From an uncultured Bacilli bacterium (GTDB lineage Bacteria > Bacillota_I > Bacilli_A > RF39 > UBA660): a stretch of 64,000 nt of DNA. Made by a program: the position numbers and the translations under genes. Under the pieces are notes generated by a model, which ran no database searches, was not told the origin of the DNA, and saw only the letters and a list, made by a program, of their open reading frames with translations. Location: positions 232,107 through 296,106 of the forward strand of contig CAKPLN010000002.1 in NCBI GenBank assembly GCA_934167665.1, read 5' to 3'. The first letter of the stretch is position 1. The number at the start of each line of letters is the position of its first letter. Shown here piece by piece: positions 29,117 through 38,873 of this stretch.

Positions 29117-31520
29117 TTTTAAAAATATAGAAGAAAAGTGGCAAAAGTATTGGTTAGATAATAAAGTCTTTGAGGCTAAAACTAATGATAGTAAGACACC
29201 ATATTATATATTGGTTGAATTTCCATATCCGAGTGGTGCTGGTCTTCATGTAGGACATGTTAGAAGTTATACTGCTCAAGATGCTTTAGCTAGAATGAAG
29301 AGAATGCAAGGATATAATGTTTTATATCCTATGGGATGGGATGCTTTTGGTGCTCCTGCTGAACAGTATGCTATAAAAAATCATATTCATCCTAAAGATG
29401 CTGTAAAGGAAAATGTTAAGACTTTTAAATCTCAAATGGAAAAGCTTGGTTTTTCTTTTGATTGGTCTCGTGAAATTTCTACTGCAGATCCAGAATATTA
29501 TAAATGGACACAATGGCAATTCTTACAATTTTATAAACATGGTATGGCTTATAAGGCTACAATTCCTGTTAATTGGTGTCCAACATGTAAGAGTGTTTTG
29601 AGTAATGAAGATGCAGCTGGTGGAGTTTGTGAAAGATGTGGTACACAAGTTGTACAAAAAGAGAAGAGTCAATGGATGCTTAAGATGAGCTCTTATGCTG
29701 AAGATTTGTTGAATGGTCTTGAAGATACAAATTTTGCTGATAGAGTTAAACTTGGACAAATTAATTGGATTGGAAAATCTACAGGTGTTGAACTTGATGT
29801 TGATATTGTAGGTGGAGGTAAATTCTCTATATTTACAACTTGTATTGAAACTGTTTATGGTATAACGTTCTTTGTTATTGCTCCTGATGGTAAATTAATT
29901 AAGGAATTAATGCCAAGAGTTTTAAATAAAGAAGAAGTAGAAAATTATATTAAAGAAACTGCTATGAAATCTAATATGGATAGAACAGAGCTAAATAAGG
30001 GTAAGACAGGTGTTGAAGTTAAAGGTGTTAAGGCTATTAACCCTATTAATGGTGAAGAAGTTCCTATTTTCTTAGGAGACTTTGTTTTAGGTGATTATGG
30101 TACTGGTGCTGTTATGGCTGTTCCTGCTCATGATCAACGTGATTTTGAATATGCTGTTAAACATAATTTAAATATGATTCAAGTTATAGATGGTGCAGAT
30201 GTTAGTGAAAAGGCTTTTGAAAAAGGTGAATATTTAGGTAAAGGTTGTAAATTAATTAATAGTTCACAATTTACGGGATTAACTGTTGAAGAAGCCAAAG
30301 AGGCTATTACTGATTATTTAGTAGAAAAAGGTATTGCACGTAGAGTTAATAATTATAAGATGAGAGATTGGATTTTTTCTCGTCAAAGATTCTGGGGTGA
30401 GCCTATCCCAATGATTAATTGTCCAAAATGTGGATTTGTTCCTTTAAATGAAGAGGACTTACCATTATTACTTCCAGATGTTGCGGAATACGAACCTACA
30501 GAAGATGGAGAAAGTCCACTTGCTAATATTACTGATTGGGTTAATTGTAAATGTCCTAAATGTGGTGGAGATGCTAAGAGAGAAACTGACACTATGCCAA
30601 ACTGGGCTGGTTCTAGTTGGTATTTCTTGAGATTTATGGATCCACATAATGATAAAGAATTTGCTTCAATGGATGCTATGAAGTATTGGAATAGAGTAGA
30701 TTGGTATAATGGCGGTATGGAACATACAGCTAGACATTTATTATATGCAAGATTTTGGGTTCAATTTTTGTACAATATTGGCTTAGTTCCTCATAAAGAA
30801 ATGATTTGGACTAGGGTTAGTCATGGTATGGTACTTGGACCTGATAATCAAAAGATGAGTAAATCTAAAGGTAATGTTATCAATCCAGATGATATTGTAA
30901 ATGAGTTTGGAGCTGATGTCCTTCGTGTTTATGAAATGTTTATGGGAGATTATCAAATGGATGCTCCTTGGAGTACAGACTCATTAAAAGGATGTAAGAG
31001 ATTTATTGATAAAATTATTAGATTGAAAGATAAAGTAAATGATAGTGATAACTATACTAAATCATTAGAGGTACTTCAAAATAAAACAATTATGAAAATA
31101 GAGTATGATATGACTCATATGGGATATAATACAGTTATTTCTAGTTTGATGATCTTAGCTAATGCTTATGATGCTCTAGATACTATTAGTAAAAAAGATT
31201 ATAGGTTATTATTACAACTATTAAATCCAATTGCTCCACATATTACTGAGGAATTAAATGAATCAATTGGTTATGAACCTTTATGTTATGCAGAGTGGCC
31301 TAAATATGATGAAAGTAAGATTGTTGATTCTGAACTTGAAATTGGTGTACAAGTAAATGGTAAAGTACGTGGTACTATTAAAGTATTGAATGATGATAGT
31401 GAAGAAGTAATAAAGAATAAAGCAATGTCTTTAGAAAATGTTTCTAAATATGTTGAGGGAAAAGAAGTTGTAAAAGTAATAGTTGTTAAAGGTAAAATTG
31501 TAAATATTGTTGTTAAATAA
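29109..31520 (+). CDS. leuS: leucine--tRNA ligase
   Basis: HVGH (HIGH) and KMSKS motifs, CP1 editing region, 803 aa. Confidence 0.97.
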   Translation: MSSFKNIEEKWQKYWLDNKVFEAKTNDSKTPYYILVEFPYPSGAGLHVGHVRSYTAQDALARMKRMQGYNVLYPMGWDAFGAPAEQYAIKNHIHPKDAVKENVKTFKSQMEKLGFSFDWSREISTADPEYYKWTQWQFLQFYKHGMAYKATIPVNWCPTCKSVLSNEDAAGGVCERCGTQVVQKEKSQWMLKMSSYAEDLLNGLEDTNFADRVKLGQINWIGKSTGVELDVDIVGGGKFSIFTTCIETVYGITFFVIAPDGKLIKELMPRVLNKEEVENYIKETAMKSNMDRTELNKGKTGVEVKGVKAINPINGEEVPIFLGDFVLGDYGTGAVMAVPAHDQRDFEYAVKHNLNMIQVIDGADVSEKAFEKGEYLGKGCKLINSSQFTGLTVEEAKEAITDYLVEKGIARRVNNYKMRDWIFSRQRFWGEPIPMINCPKCGFVPLNEEDLPLLLPDVAEYEPTEDGESPLANITDWVNCKCPKCGGDAKRETDTMPNWAGSSWYFLRFMDPHNDKEFASMDAMKYWNRVDWYNGGMEHTARHLLYARFWVQFLYNIGLVPHKEMIWTRVSHGMVLGPDNQKMSKSKGNVINPDDIVNEFGADVLRVYEMFMGDYQMDAPWSTDSLKGCKRFIDKIIRLKDKVNDSDNYTKSLEVLQNKTIMKIEYDMTHMGYNTVISSLMILANAYDALDTISKKDYRLLLQLLNPIAPHITEELNESIGYEPLCYAEWPKYDESKIVDSELEIGVQVNGKVRGTIKVLNDDSEEVIKNKAMSLENVSKYVEGKEVVKVIVVKGKIVNIVVK

Positions 31521-31530
31521 TTAAATATTA

Positions 31531-31562
31531 AAAATGTGGATAATTAGTTCCACATTTTTTTT
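31531..31562 (+). terminator. leuS terminator
   Basis: AAAATGTGGA-loop-TCCACATTTT followed by a T run. Confidence 0.8.
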
Positions 31563-31609
31563 CGACCTTATTTTTAGATAGTTTATGATATTTATTTATT
31601 GGTGATAAT

Positions 31610-31783
31610 ATGAAAGTTAAAATTTTTGATTATGAAGATGAAACTGATTTAGAAGAAGATATTAACTCTTTTATAGAGACAAATGATGATATAGAAGTTA
31701 TTGATATTAAATATCAGGTTAGTGTTGGTGTTTTTAGTGATGAACAAGTATTTTGCTTTTCGGCTATGATAATTTATATGTAA
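31610..31783 (+). CDS. cse60: Cse60-like small sporulation protein (57 aa, absent from the ORF track)
   Basis: MKVKIFDYEDETDLEEDINSFIE...VIDIKYQV...VFCFSAMIIYM resembles B. subtilis Cse60 as I recall it. RBS GGTGAT. Confidence 0.55.
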   Translation: MKVKIFDYEDETDLEEDINSFIETNDDIEVIDIKYQVSVGVFSDEQVFCFSAMIIYM

Positions 31784-31885
31784 AAGGATTATATATAATT
31801 GTAAATGAGTTGGATAAATTCATGACTGACATTGCAAAGTAACTATAGAAAATGTATAATAAAAACATAATAGAGAGGTGTAGTA

Positions 31886-33277
31886 ATGAAGAAAATATTA
31901 AATAATAAAAAAGGTTTTACCTTGGTAGAACTTTTAGCCGTAATCGTCATTATGGGTATTTTGATGATGGTGGCTATTCCATCAATAAGTAGAGTAATCG
32001 AAAATTCTAGAAAAGATACGTTTGTAGATATCGCTAAGTCTTATGCTAATGCGGCTAAGACACTTTGGACAGCTGACACTTTAACATGTGAAGGAACAGT
32101 TGCTTCAGCTGTAGATGATGGCGATTATTATATTTTAATTAATACAACTGAATCAGCTAGAACTATGCTACCAGTATTAGTAGATCAAGGTGGTAAGTCA
32201 TCTTGGGGAAATAGAGATGTAAATGGTTATGTAAGAGTTCATGTTGAAACAGTAACAGATAACAATGGAGAACCAAAAAGAACCACAACTTTTTATGTTA
32301 GTTTAAGTGATGGAACTCATGGCTTAATAGATAATGGAAGTATGACTTCAGATAACCTAAAAAAAGGTAATGTTAAAATGGATTTATCGAGTGATGATAA
32401 GAAAAAAGTAGAATTAACACTTGATAATGGTAACTTAAATTGTTCTAAGACTAATCTTGGAACTTATACGTGTACAGAAGTAACACCAGTAAAAACTATA
32501 ACCGGTTTATGTGTAGATGACTCAAGTTATGCTGGAAATAATGGTACAGTAGATGTTAATCCAGTAAGCTTTGCGAATGATGATTGGGCAACAATAGCAG
32601 CTGCCGCAAAGAGTGGAAACTATGAAGGAAAATATAACGTAGGAGATACTAAAGAAGTAGACCTAGGAAGTCTAGGAAAACATACAGTAAGAATAGCTAA
32701 TACTTTAACACCAGCAGAATGTAGCCAAGAAGGTTTTTCACAAACTGCCTGTGGTTTCGTATTAGAATTTGCAGATATAATTACAACACATAATATGAAT
32801 CCAAAAGGAGAATATAAGGGAACAACATATGAATATGGTTGGAACAAAGATGGTTGGCCAGCAAGTAGTATGAGAAGTTATTTAAGTACAGATATATATA
32901 ATGCTTTACCAACAGATTTACAAAGTGCCATAATAGATACAAGAGTAGTATCAGGACACGGTAAAGATGATAAAGATAATTTTATTTCAACAGATAAGTT
33001 GTATTTATTGTCTACAGCTGAAGTATGGGCACAAGGAATTTTTTACGATGCAGGAAGAAATAATACTAGACAGTTAGATTATTATACAGGAGTTACAACA
33101 AAAAGTTATTCTAAGGTTATTAAACAGCTAAACGGATCAAATACTTATTGGTGGCTCCGCACGGCTGATTTCACTGGTAATGAAAATTTCTTTAGTGTGA
33201 GTGGTAATGGTGTTTGGAATAACCATATTTATGCTAATTATACGAACGGTGTTTCGCCGGCTTTCCGAATAGCCTAA
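31886..33277 (+). CDS. large type IV pilin-like (prepilin N-terminal cleavage/methylation motif) protein, paralog 1
   Basis: KKGFTLVELLAVIVIMGILMMVAIP is a class III signal (G/FTLVE). About 400 aa of extracellular region ends in a WWLRTA...GVSPAFRIA module, which I recall as DUF6273-like. Confidence 0.8.
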   Translation: MKKILNNKKGFTLVELLAVIVIMGILMMVAIPSISRVIENSRKDTFVDIAKSYANAAKTLWTADTLTCEGTVASAVDDGDYYILINTTESARTMLPVLVDQGGKSSWGNRDVNGYVRVHVETVTDNNGEPKRTTTFYVSLSDGTHGLIDNGSMTSDNLKKGNVKMDLSSDDKKKVELTLDNGNLNCSKTNLGTYTCTEVTPVKTITGLCVDDSSYAGNNGTVDVNPVSFANDDWATIAAAAKSGNYEGKYNVGDTKEVDLGSLGKHTVRIANTLTPAECSQEGFSQTACGFVLEFADIITTHNMNPKGEYKGTTYEYGWNKDGWPASSMRSYLSTDIYNALPTDLQSAIIDTRVVSGHGKDDKDNFISTDKLYLLSTAEVWAQGIFYDAGRNNTRQLDYYTGVTTKSYSKVIKQLNGSNTYWWLRTADFTGNENFFSVSGNGVWNNHIYANYTNGVSPAFRIA

Positions 33278-33282
33278 ATGTA

Positions 33283-33312
33283 AGTATTGGACCTCGTTCA
33301 ATACTTTTTTTT
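33283..33312 (+). terminator. terminator after pilin-like paralog 1
   Basis: AGTATTG-loop-CAATACT followed by T8. Confidence 0.7.
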
Positions 33313-33407
33313 ATTTAATACTTATCCACATAATTTTATATGTTGCCTACTACCCATCTAAGATTTGTCCACTTTTTAGTTTAGCACTGCATACAAACTC
33401 CTCCCCA

Positions 33408-33437
33408 TTGACAAAAACGTTGGGAGAGGGATATACT
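33408..33437 (+). promoter_or_regulatory. candidate sigma-A promoter for paralog 2
   Basis: TTGACA at 33408-33413, an 18-nt spacer, then TATACT at 33432-33437. Confidence 0.4.
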
Positions 33438-33462
33438 TTATACATAATAGAGAGAGGTGTAT

Positions 33463-34863
33463 ATGAAAAGAATTAATAAAAAAGGTTTTACTTTAGTAGA
33501 ACTACTTGCTGTAATTGTTATTATGGGTATTTTGATGATGGTGGCTATTCCATCAATAAGTAGAGTAATTGAAAATTCTAGAAAGGATACGTTTGTAGAT
33601 ATCGCCAAGTCTTATGCTAATGCGGCTAAAACACTTTGGACAGCTGATACTTTAACGTGTGAAGGAACAGTAGCCTCAGCTGTAGATGATGGTGATTATT
33701 ATATTTTAATTAATACTAAAGAATCTGCTAGAGCAATACTTCCAGTATTAGTAGATCAAGGTGGTAAGTCATCTTGGGGAAATAGAGATGTAAATGGTTA
33801 TGTAAGAGTTCATGTTGAAACAGTAACAGATAACAATGGAGAACCAAAAAGAACCACAACTTTTTATGTTAGTTTAAGTGATGGAACTCATGGCTTAATA
33901 GATAATGGAAGTATGACTTCAGATAACCTAAAAAAAGGTAATGTTAAAATGGATTTATCGAGTGATGATAAGAAAAAAGTAGAATTAACACTTGATAATG
34001 GTAACTTAAATTGTTCTAAGACTAATCTTGGAACTTATACGTGTACAGACGTAGCACCAGTAAAAACTATAACCGGTTTATGTGTAGATGACTCAAGTTA
34101 CGCTGGAAATAATGGTACAGTAGATGTTAATCCAGTAAGTTTTGCGAATGATGACTGGGCAACCATAGCTGCTGCCGCAAAGAGTGGAAACTATGAAGGA
34201 AAATATAATGTAGGTGATACTAAAGAAGTAGACCTAGGAAGTCTAGGAAAGCATACAGTAAGAATAGCTAATACCTCAACAACAGCAGAATGTAGTCAAG
34301 AAGGTTTTTCACAAACAGCTTGTGGTTTCGTATTAGAGTTTGCAGATATAATTACAACGCATAATATGAATCCAAGTGGAGAATATAAGGGAACAACATA
34401 TCCATATGGCTGGAACAAAGATGGTTGGCCAGCAAGTAGTATGAGAAGTTATTTAAGTACAGATATATATAATGCTTTACCAGTAGATTTACAAAGCACC
34501 ATAATAGATACAAAAGTAGTATCAGGACATGGGCCTAGTGATTCATCTAACTTTACTTCAACAGATAAGTTGTATTTATTGTCTACAGCTGAAGTATGGG
34601 CACAAGGGACATCAAATACTATTACTACCGATACAGGAAGAGATAATACTAGACAGTTAGATTATTACTTGGCACAAGGTGTAACAACAAGTAATAAATC
34701 TGGAGCTATTAAACAGAGAAATGGATCAAATTATTATTGGTTTCTCCGCACGGCTGATTCCCATATAGATAGCCTTTTCTGTAATGTGTTTGGTGATGGT
34801 AGTTGGGGTAACAATTATGCTAGTCTTACGACCGGTGTTTCGCCGGCTTTCCGAATAGCCTAA
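33463..34863 (+). CDS. large type IV pilin-like protein, paralog 2
   Basis: Same class III signal (KKGFTLVELLAVIVIMG). Nearly identical to paralog 1 over the first two thirds and divergent over the last 110 aa or so. ATG at 33463 follows GAGAGGTG. Confidence 0.8.
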   Translation: MKRINKKGFTLVELLAVIVIMGILMMVAIPSISRVIENSRKDTFVDIAKSYANAAKTLWTADTLTCEGTVASAVDDGDYYILINTKESARAILPVLVDQGGKSSWGNRDVNGYVRVHVETVTDNNGEPKRTTTFYVSLSDGTHGLIDNGSMTSDNLKKGNVKMDLSSDDKKKVELTLDNGNLNCSKTNLGTYTCTDVAPVKTITGLCVDDSSYAGNNGTVDVNPVSFANDDWATIAAAAKSGNYEGKYNVGDTKEVDLGSLGKHTVRIANTSTTAECSQEGFSQTACGFVLEFADIITTHNMNPSGEYKGTTYPYGWNKDGWPASSMRSYLSTDIYNALPVDLQSTIIDTKVVSGHGPSDSSNFTSTDKLYLLSTAEVWAQGTSNTITTDTGRDNTRQLDYYLAQGVTTSNKSGAIKQRNGSNYYWFLRTADSHIDSLFCNVFGDGSWGNNYASLTTGVSPAFRIA

Positions 34864-34970
34864 ATGTAAACAGAGTGTAAAGTAGCAAAAAATATATTGT
34901 ATAGTCAAAGATTGTGACTATACCGATAGTCATCTTACCGAAGTCGTACTACGAACGAAAGTGAGTATAA

Positions 34971-34998
34971 AGTATTGGGCGAAGCCAATACTTTTTTG
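34971..34998 (+). terminator. terminator after pilin-like paralog 2
   Basis: AGTATTGGGC-gaa-GCCAATACT followed by T6. Confidence 0.7.
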
Positions 34999-35084
34999 GT
35001 ATTTTTCATTTAAAGTGCTAGTATTTTAATCCTTAATTTACTTTTACTAACTTGGAGTGTTATACTAATTGTAGGAGGATTATA

Positions 35085-36716
35085 ATGAAGCATAGGGTAG
35101 TAAAAAAGAATTCTTTTGTTATTGGGGCTTTTATTACGACTTTGGGAATTGTTATTTCTAAGGTACTGGGAATTTTATATGTTATTCCTTTCCATGCGTT
35201 AATAGGTGAACGTGGGGGAGCTTTATATGGATATGCTTATACAGTTTATTTAATGTTTGTTTCTTTGTCTACTGCTGGTTTACCTTTAGCTATTAGCCAA
35301 ATTGTTAGTGAGTATCAAACTTTGGGCTATTATAAGGCAAAGAAAAGGGCTTTTTTTCTAGGTAAAAGAATTGCTTTAATTTTAGGATGCGTTTTTTTCT
35401 TCTTTCAAATTATTTTTGCCAGAATCTTAGCACAAATGATTGTTGGTAATATAAGTGGTGGTAATTCTATTGATGATATTGCTTTTACAATAAGAATAAT
35501 ATCTATGGCTGTATTGATAGTACCATTACTTAGTATATATCGTGGTTATTTTGAAGGACATAGATTTATGGAAGCTCCATCAATATCTCAAGTGATAGAA
35601 CAATTGATAAGAATAACCGTTATAATTTTGGGTAGTTTCTTATTTTTAAAAGTATTTAAGATGTCTTTAACAAATGTTGTTGGTGTTGCCTTATTTGGTA
35701 CATTTGCTGGAGCTTTAGGCTCTTACTTTTACTTAATTGATAAGTTTATAGGTAATAAGAAAAAATTTGATGAAAAAATAATAACAATAAATGAACCTAT
35801 TGTTACAGATAAAAGTATTATTAGAAAGTTATTTTCATATGCTTTACCTTTTATTTTAATAGATATTTTTAAAGCACTTTATAATTCTATTGATGTATTT
35901 ACTGTAGTTAAGGGACTTGTTAATTTTACGAAGTATAATGTTACTTCAGCGGAAGCTATTATGGGAATGTTATCTACTTGGTGTAATAAGTTTAATATGA
36001 TAATTTTGTCTGTTTCTTCTGGTATTATAGTTAGTTTAATTCCTAATTTAACACAGAGTGTTGTGAAGAAGGATATTAAGGATGTAAATAATAAAATTAA
36101 TCAAGCTCTTAGTATTTCCTTTTTCTTGATGTTACCAATGACTGTTGGACTTAGTTTTTTAGCGAAACCAGTTTGGATATTATTTTATGGTGATAGTCTA
36201 TATGGACCTAGTGTTTTATCATACTTTATTTTTGCTGGGTTTATAATGGGATTATTTACAACTATTATTTCTATTATGCAAGCCTTGAAAGATTATAAAA
36301 CAGTTCTTATTAGTTTGGCAGTAGGAGTAGTATTAAAAGCCTTTTTAAATACTAATTTAATAGTTGCTTTTTATAAGATTGGATTACCTCCATATTATGG
36401 TGTTATTACAGCTACTATTATTGGCTATTTGACTTCTTTTATAATATGTCTTTTAGTTTTAAAGAGTAAGTGGAAAATTAATTATGAAAGTCTTGTTAAA
36501 AATTTTATAGATATAATTATTACTACGGCAATAATGATTATTGTGATGTTTATATTAAGATTATTAGTTCCTATTAGTTCGTCAACTAGAATAATTAACT
36601 TGTTTATTATAATTTTTTATACTGTTATTGGCTGTATACTTTACTTTTTTATTTCTTTAAAAAATGGTACAATGAAGAGAATATTTGGTAATAAAATTCA
36701 GAAATTTAAATTATAA
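35085..36716 (+). CDS. MOP-superfamily polysaccharide/lipid-linked oligosaccharide flippase (YtgP/SpoVB/MurJ-like)
   Basis: About 14 TM helices. The N-terminal pattern GAFITTLGIVISKVLGILYVIPF is typical of the family. RBS AGGAGG before ATG at 35085. Confidence 0.75.
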   Translation: MKHRVVKKNSFVIGAFITTLGIVISKVLGILYVIPFHALIGERGGALYGYAYTVYLMFVSLSTAGLPLAISQIVSEYQTLGYYKAKKRAFFLGKRIALILGCVFFFFQIIFARILAQMIVGNISGGNSIDDIAFTIRIISMAVLIVPLLSIYRGYFEGHRFMEAPSISQVIEQLIRITVIILGSFLFLKVFKMSLTNVVGVALFGTFAGALGSYFYLIDKFIGNKKKFDEKIITINEPIVTDKSIIRKLFSYALPFILIDIFKALYNSIDVFTVVKGLVNFTKYNVTSAEAIMGMLSTWCNKFNMIILSVSSGIIVSLIPNLTQSVVKKDIKDVNNKINQALSISFFLMLPMTVGLSFLAKPVWILFYGDSLYGPSVLSYFIFAGFIMGLFTTIISIMQALKDYKTVLISLAVGVVLKAFLNTNLIVAFYKIGLPPYYGVITATIIGYLTSFIICLLVLKSKWKINYESLVKNFIDIIITTAIMIIVMFILRLLVPISSSTRIINLFIIIFYTVIGCILYFFISLKNGTMKRIFGNKIQKFKL

Positions 36717-36723
36717 AATATCG
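36717..36723. repeat. left copy of the 7-bp direct repeat AATATCG (putative target-site duplication)
   Basis: Abuts the IS left terminus. An identical heptamer abuts the right terminus of the truncated copy at 39552-39558. Confidence 0.7.
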
Positions 36724-38115
36724 GAGTGTGTAAGGAATTCTGTGTAAATGATATCTAACCATGATAGATAGGAACTTTATATAGGTTCCTTTTTTGTTAT
36801 TTAAATAGTAACATATAATATTTAATTTTCAAAGAACTAAATTCTTCCATCAAACATAATAGATAAAGATAGTATAGGCCCCCAATTTCTATATGCTTGG
36901 TCCCACTTTTTAGATATATTTTTAGTAGCTAAATATAAGCATTTAAGCAATGACATATCTGTCGGAAAAACAGATTTTGTTTTAGTGAATTTTCTAAATT
37001 GTCGATTTAAAGATTCGATTGTATTAGTAGTATACATTATTTTTCTAATTTGTTCTGAGAATTGGAAGAATGGACAAATAGCATCCCAATTTTCTTCCCA
37101 TGTTTTAAATGCCGATGAATATTTATCAGACCATTTGTTTTTTACCTCTTGTAATTGCTCATATCCTTTTTCTTCATCTACTGATGTATAAATTTTCTTT
37201 AAATCATTTGTGAACACTTTTAAATCTTTGTAATTTACAAATTTAACTGAATTTCTAATCATATGAACAATACATCTTTGTTGAACAGTATTAGGAAATG
37301 CCGCATTAATTGCTTCTTTGATGCCAGTTAAATTATCGCTACATATTATAAGAATATCTTTAATTCCTCGTTGCTTTAATTCATTTAATACACCAAGCCA
37401 ATACTTGGCTGATTCATTTTCTCCTATCCATATTCCTAATACTTCTTTGAATCCTTCTGAATTAACTCCTAAAACTATATAAGCTGCTTTTTTTATAATA
37501 TGATTATCTTCTCTTACACTAAAGTGTACTGCATCTATAAATACAAATGGATAAGTATCATCTAATGGTCTTTCTTGCCATTCTTTTATTTCAGGTATTA
37601 TTTGGTCTGTTATATTACTAACTACTGTTGCAGATACTTCTATTCCATATAATTCTTGTATTTGTTCGTTAATATCTCTAGTTGTTAATCCTTTTGCATA
37701 TAATGAAATTATTTTATCCTCAATACCTGATACATCTCTTGTATTTTTAGGAACTATTTTTGGATCAAATTCTCTATTTCTATCTCTAGGTGTTTCGAAT
37801 TCAAATGAACCAAATTCACTTTTTAAATTCTTTTTTGTTGAGCCATTTCTATAATTTGTTTTTTCTGTCTTTTTGTCATATTTAGAGTATCCCATTGATG
37901 AATCAAACTCGGCATTCATCATTTCTTGTAATGCACCTCTGAACATATCTTTTAATGCACTTGATAAATCTTGAGCAGTTTCAATTTTATAATTTTCTTG
38001 TAATAATTTTAGTATTTCTTTCCCTTTATTATTTTCTTTCATAATAAAAATCTCTCCATTTCTTTTATTTTATCATGGAAAGATTTCTTATTTACACAAA
38101 TTGATTTACAGACTC
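36724..38115 (-). mobile_element. IS256-family insertion sequence, complete (1392 bp)
   Basis: Imperfect terminal inverted repeats: GAGTGTGTAAGGAATTCTGTGTAAAT at 36724 against the reverse complement of the right end, GAGTCTGTAAATCAATTTGTGTAAAT. A single transposase ORF lies inside. Confidence 0.85.
36837..38042 (-). CDS. IS256 family transposase
   Basis: 401 aa with typical mutator-type motifs: MGYSKYD, NYRNGS, PRDRNREFDP and a conserved DDE region. Confidence 0.93.
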   Translation of the reverse strand: MKENNKGKEILKLLQENYKIETAQDLSSALKDMFRGALQEMMNAEFDSSMGYSKYDKKTEKTNYRNGSTKKNLKSEFGSFEFETPRDRNREFDPKIVPKNTRDVSGIEDKIISLYAKGLTTRDINEQIQELYGIEVSATVVSNITDQIIPEIKEWQERPLDDTYPFVFIDAVHFSVREDNHIIKKAAYIVLGVNSEGFKEVLGIWIGENESAKYWLGVLNELKQRGIKDILIICSDNLTGIKEAINAAFPNTVQQRCIVHMIRNSVKFVNYKDLKVFTNDLKKIYTSVDEEKGYEQLQEVKNKWSDKYSSAFKTWEENWDAICPFFQFSEQIRKIMYTTNTIESLNRQFRKFTKTKSVFPTDMSLLKCLYLATKNISKKWDQAYRNWGPILSLSIMFDGRI

Positions 38116-38136
38116 ACATTGACTAATTACTAGAAC

Positions 38137-38784
38137 CTAAATTGTTCTTTTTAATTTTTTATTTTTTGATATTAAAATAACAAACACTATAATACTTATA
38201 AGAAAATATACACCAAAAGCAATAGCTAAAATCATAACTAAGTTATTATTATCTTCACTTTTATCATTAGATTTATTTACAGTATTATTATCACTTTTTT
38301 GATCTGATGTAACATCAATTTCATCATTAGTAGTACTGTTATCACTTAATTCTTTATCAGTATAAATATTTTCTGACGGACTAATATACAAATAAGAACT
38401 ATAATTTTCATATGAAATAGGTTTAGTAGAATTAATAGTTAACCTACCATCACCATTAAATACAATTTTTCCATTATAATCAAAGTCAATACCTACACCA
38501 TCAGTAGTTATATTATTATCACCAACTAAGTTTATAACAAAAGTAATTCCACCTTGACCTGTACCATAACAATTTAATTTCAAAGAATTACCATTATAAT
38601 TATTTAACGTTAAAGTAACAGTGCTAGGATCTTTTGTAACTGTTGCAGTTTGAGATGTATTACTACGCAAAACCTCTTCACCATCTACAATCCAATTATA
38701 TGGTAAACTAGCAGCATTAACATTAACACCTACAGCAAAAAACAAACCTATTACTAAAAATAAAAACAAATATCTAAACTTCAT
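38137..38784 (-). CDS. type I membrane/surface protein (signal peptide plus C-terminal TM anchor), unknown function
   Basis: Signal peptide ending VNA/A, a beta-rich domain, an acidic N/D/S-rich stalk, a TM helix (LVMILAIAFGVYFLISIIVFVILI) and a basic tail. RBS GAGGAGG. Confidence 0.55.
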   Translation of the reverse strand: MKFRYLFLFLVIGLFFAVGVNVNAASLPYNWIVDGEEVLRSNTSQTATVTKDPSTVTLTLNNYNGNSLKLNCYGTGQGGITFVINLVGDNNITTDGVGIDFDYNGKIVFNGDGRLTINSTKPISYENYSSYLYISPSENIYTDKELSDNSTTNDEIDVTSDQKSDNNTVNKSNDKSEDNNNLVMILAIAFGVYFLISIIVFVILISKNKKLKRTI

Positions 38785-38873
38785 AATAATCCTCCTCTAG
38801 AATGAATATAACATAAAATGAAATTATAATTAATAATAATAATTAATAATATTTTCTAAAGTGTAAAATTTAG

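Larger units (their letters stand above)
31865..34998 (+). repeat. tandem direct duplication (about 1.45 kb units) carrying the two pilin-like genes
   Basis: The units run about 31865-33312 and 33442-34998 and share RBS region, CDS, stop context and terminator. 32171-32478 is identical to 33742-34049 (308 nt). Confidence 0.9.

Noticed and set aside
36770-36796. Hairpin AGGAAC-tttatat-AGGTTCC plus T run taken as the flippase terminator
   Set aside because: It lies inside the IS256 left end as defined by the terminal inverted repeats. The original terminator is the split hairpin at 39552-39580.
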